Positions 61,978 through 64,000 of a stretch of DNA of 64,000 bases are shown here, one piece after another. How positions within the stretch are numbered: the stretch's first letter is position 1; each line of letters starts with the position of its first letter. A model generated the notes under the pieces. That model ran no database searches. It had not been told where the DNA came from and saw only the letters and a list, made by a program, of their open reading frames with translations. Source of the stretch: Flavobacterium sp. (GTDB lineage: Bacteria; Bacteroidota; Bacteroidia; Flavobacteriales; Flavobacteriaceae); contig NZ_JAIXTJ010000043.1 of the NCBI RefSeq assembly GCF_027483985.1, forward strand, positions 1,400-65,399, read 5' to 3'. The translations under genes were made by a program, and so were the position numbers.

Positions 61978-64000
61978 ATGAAAAACATTATCCCAATGAA
62001 ATGGTTCGTCCATCTTCTTAAAATTTTAAACCTTAAGAGTAAATTGCTATTTGATGAGTTTGAGTTTTTAATGTATTTCGGCTCAAGGTCTAAATTTACT
62101 TTTAGGTCGTTTTCTTCTTTAAAAGTGTTGTTATTTTTTATGGTTTTTTTAATTTCAAATTTTTGTATTGGTCAAATTAATTTTACTAATTCACAAAGTG
62201 CTGCTTTGGTTGTTGGTCAAGCTAATTTTACTTCAAATGTTGCTAGTTGTACGCAAAGTGGACTTTATGCACCTTCTTATACCGCTATAAGTTCAAAAGG
62301 AGTTTTGGCTGTTAGTGAGCAAACTGGAGGTCGTGTGAAATTATGGAATCCCACTCCAACGGCTAATGGTGTGAACGCAACTGTAGTTGTTGGAAAAACT
62401 AGTTTTACGGATTGTACTAATGCTGGAGCCAATCAAGCAAGTATTAGTAACTCCAATGGTGTTGCTTTTTCACCTGATGGGAATAAATTAATTGTAACTG
62501 ATTTTAGTAATAATAGAGTGTTGATTTGGAATACTATACCTACCGTAAATGGACAGAATGCCGATGTGGTTCTGGGTCAACCTAATTTCACATCAGGTTT
62601 TGGCGGTGTTTCAGCTACCGCAATGAATGGTCCAACTGGTGCTTATGTAAGTAGTGATGGCCGCTTGTTAATTGCTGATCGAGGAAATCATCGAATTTTG
62701 ATTTGGAATAGCATTCCAACTACCAATAATAAGCCTGCTGATGTAGTTGTTGGTCAGACGATTTTTACTTCTCCTGGTGGCGGAAGTTCTGCTACAACAA
62801 TGGTTAATCCTTGGGGTGTTTGTGTTTCTCCCGACGGAAAGTTACTTGTAGCTGATTCTGCTAATAATAGAGTATTGGTTTGGAATACGATTCCGACTGT
62901 CAATGGCGCTGCGGCTAATGTTGTAATTGGTCAGGCTATTATGGGAACTAATGGTGCTGGTACTACTTCGAGCAACTTGAATGCTCCCATTGGTGTGACT
63001 GTTTCACCCTCAGGTAAAGTAGCTATTGGTGAATTTGGAAACAGTAGAGTGCTTGTATACAATTCTATTCCTACTACTAATGGTGTTGCTGCTGATGTTG
63101 TTTTGGGTCAACCTAATTTTACCTCTTCTACAGCTTTATACCCTTCAGGTTCGCCAACCAATAATAATATGTTCAGCGTATATAATGCCTCTTTTGACTT
63201 GTATGGACGGTTGTATGTTGCTGGAAGAGAAATGAATCGTGTTTTGGTTTTTGGTGCTGCACCTGCAGTGCAAGCCAATTTAGGTATCGGAATTACATCC
63301 AATATTTCAACGGCTTGTTTGGGAACGAGTAATACTGTAACTATAACCATAACTAATGCCACTGCGACTGCCGCTTCTGGTGTAATTGCAACGGCAAGTT
63401 TGCCAGCAGGTTTTACTTATTCTTCTCACGCCGCTTCGGCAGGAACCTACAATCCTTCTTCTGGTTATTGGAACGTTGGAACTGTTCCTGCAAGTGGCTC
63501 AAGAACATTAACTATTAATGGAATCGCAACTGTTTCAGGAAGTTTATCTGCTTATGCTTCTATTATTCAATCGAATCAATTGGATCCAGTTTTGTCCAAT
63601 AATGGCGCAAGTGTTTCTTATTCTATTCTTAGCGAGATTCCTGTACCAGCCGGAAGTACGACTCAAACTTTTTGTAATGCTGCAACTGTTTCCAGTTTAG
63701 TGGCTTCTGGTTCTACTATTAAATGGTATGCTACTCCGGTATTGGGTACTCCATTGGCAGCTGGTGTTTCTCTAGTTAATGGAGTAACTTATTATGCTTC
63801 TCAAACCATTAGTTCGTGTGAAGGTATCACTCGTTTGCCGGTGACTGTTAACATACAATCCCTTTTAAATTATTATCAGGATTCAGATAGCGATGGTTTT
63901 GGTAATCCGTTGGTATCGACAACTTCATGTGTCCCTGTTTTGGGTTATGTATCAAATAATTTAGATTGTAATGATTCGCAACTTCAATATGCTGATTTTG
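61978..64000 (+). CDS. Large secreted protein, partial: NHL-repeat propeller, DUF11, Ig-like domain, DxDxDGFG metal-binding motif (runs off the window end)
   Basis: Hand translation found no stop from ATG 61978: ADVVLGQPNFTS and NNRVLIWNTIPT repeats, YYASQT, YYQDSDSDGFGNP...DCND. Not listed in the ORF track. Confidence 0.88.
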   Translation, partial: MKNIIPMKWFVHLLKILNLKSKLLFDEFEFLMYFGSRSKFTFRSFSSLKVLLFFMVFLISNFCIGQINFTNSQSAALVVGQANFTSNVASCTQSGLYAPSYTAISSKGVLAVSEQTGGRVKLWNPTPTANGVNATVVVGKTSFTDCTNAGANQASISNSNGVAFSPDGNKLIVTDFSNNRVLIWNTIPTVNGQNADVVLGQPNFTSGFGGVSATAMNGPTGAYVSSDGRLLIADRGNHRILIWNSIPTTNNKPADVVVGQTIFTSPGGGSSATTMVNPWGVCVSPDGKLLVADSANNRVLVWNTIPTVNGAAANVVIGQAIMGTNGAGTTSSNLNAPIGVTVSPSGKVAIGEFGNSRVLVYNSIPTTNGVAADVVLGQPNFTSSTALYPSGSPTNNNMFSVYNASFDLYGRLYVAGREMNRVLVFGAAPAVQANLGIGITSNISTACLGTSNTVTITITNATATAASGVIATASLPAGFTYSSHAASAGTYNPSSGYWNVGTVPASGSRTLTINGIATVSGSLSAYASIIQSNQLDPVLSNNGASVSYSILSEIPVPAGSTTQTFCNAATVSSLVASGSTIKWYATPVLGTPLAAGVSLVNGVTYYASQTISSCEGITRLPVTVNIQSLLNYYQDSDSDGFGNPLVSTTSCVPVLGYVSNNLDCNDSQLQYADF

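Overview
AT-rich Flavobacterium-type (Bacteroidota) chromosomal window, inferred from gene content and TAnnTTTG promoters. No rRNA, tRNA, CRISPR, transposase or reverse transcriptase was seen. The left half (1-26 kb) holds the end of the alpha r-protein operon (rpsD-rpoA-rplQ), carA, two tandem secreted helical paralogues and eno. It continues with a LytS/LytTR pair plus a T9SS LRR protein, a TPR hybrid kinase, gltA and a fibre-like gene paired with a T9SS protein. It ends with an amidinotransferase-ctlX pair interrupted by a four-helix-bundle gene, marC, a CoA-binding protein, an SSS transporter and recR. The middle (26-37 kb) is a short wza-wzc nucleotide-sugar locus that stops after wecE. 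The right half (37-64 kb) has a 60-bp REP-like tandem array, an orphan gene and a cluster of giant T9SS surface proteins (1946, 1822 and 3258 aa, plus a partial NHL-repeat gene missing from the ORF track). Signals that merit a second look: (1) a four-helix-bundle gene bracketed by inverted heptamer arms, plus gene-less and one-armed heptamer arrays elsewhere; (2) 21-bp-period ATCG direct repeats upstream of the LytTR operon and of giant adhesin genes; (3) a 60-bp array with alternating loop types and a covarying solo copy; (4) a phage-tail-like insert in an FN3 domain; (5) a shift in third-codon-position composition near 26-30 kb. All family assignments come from motif recognition, not database searches.
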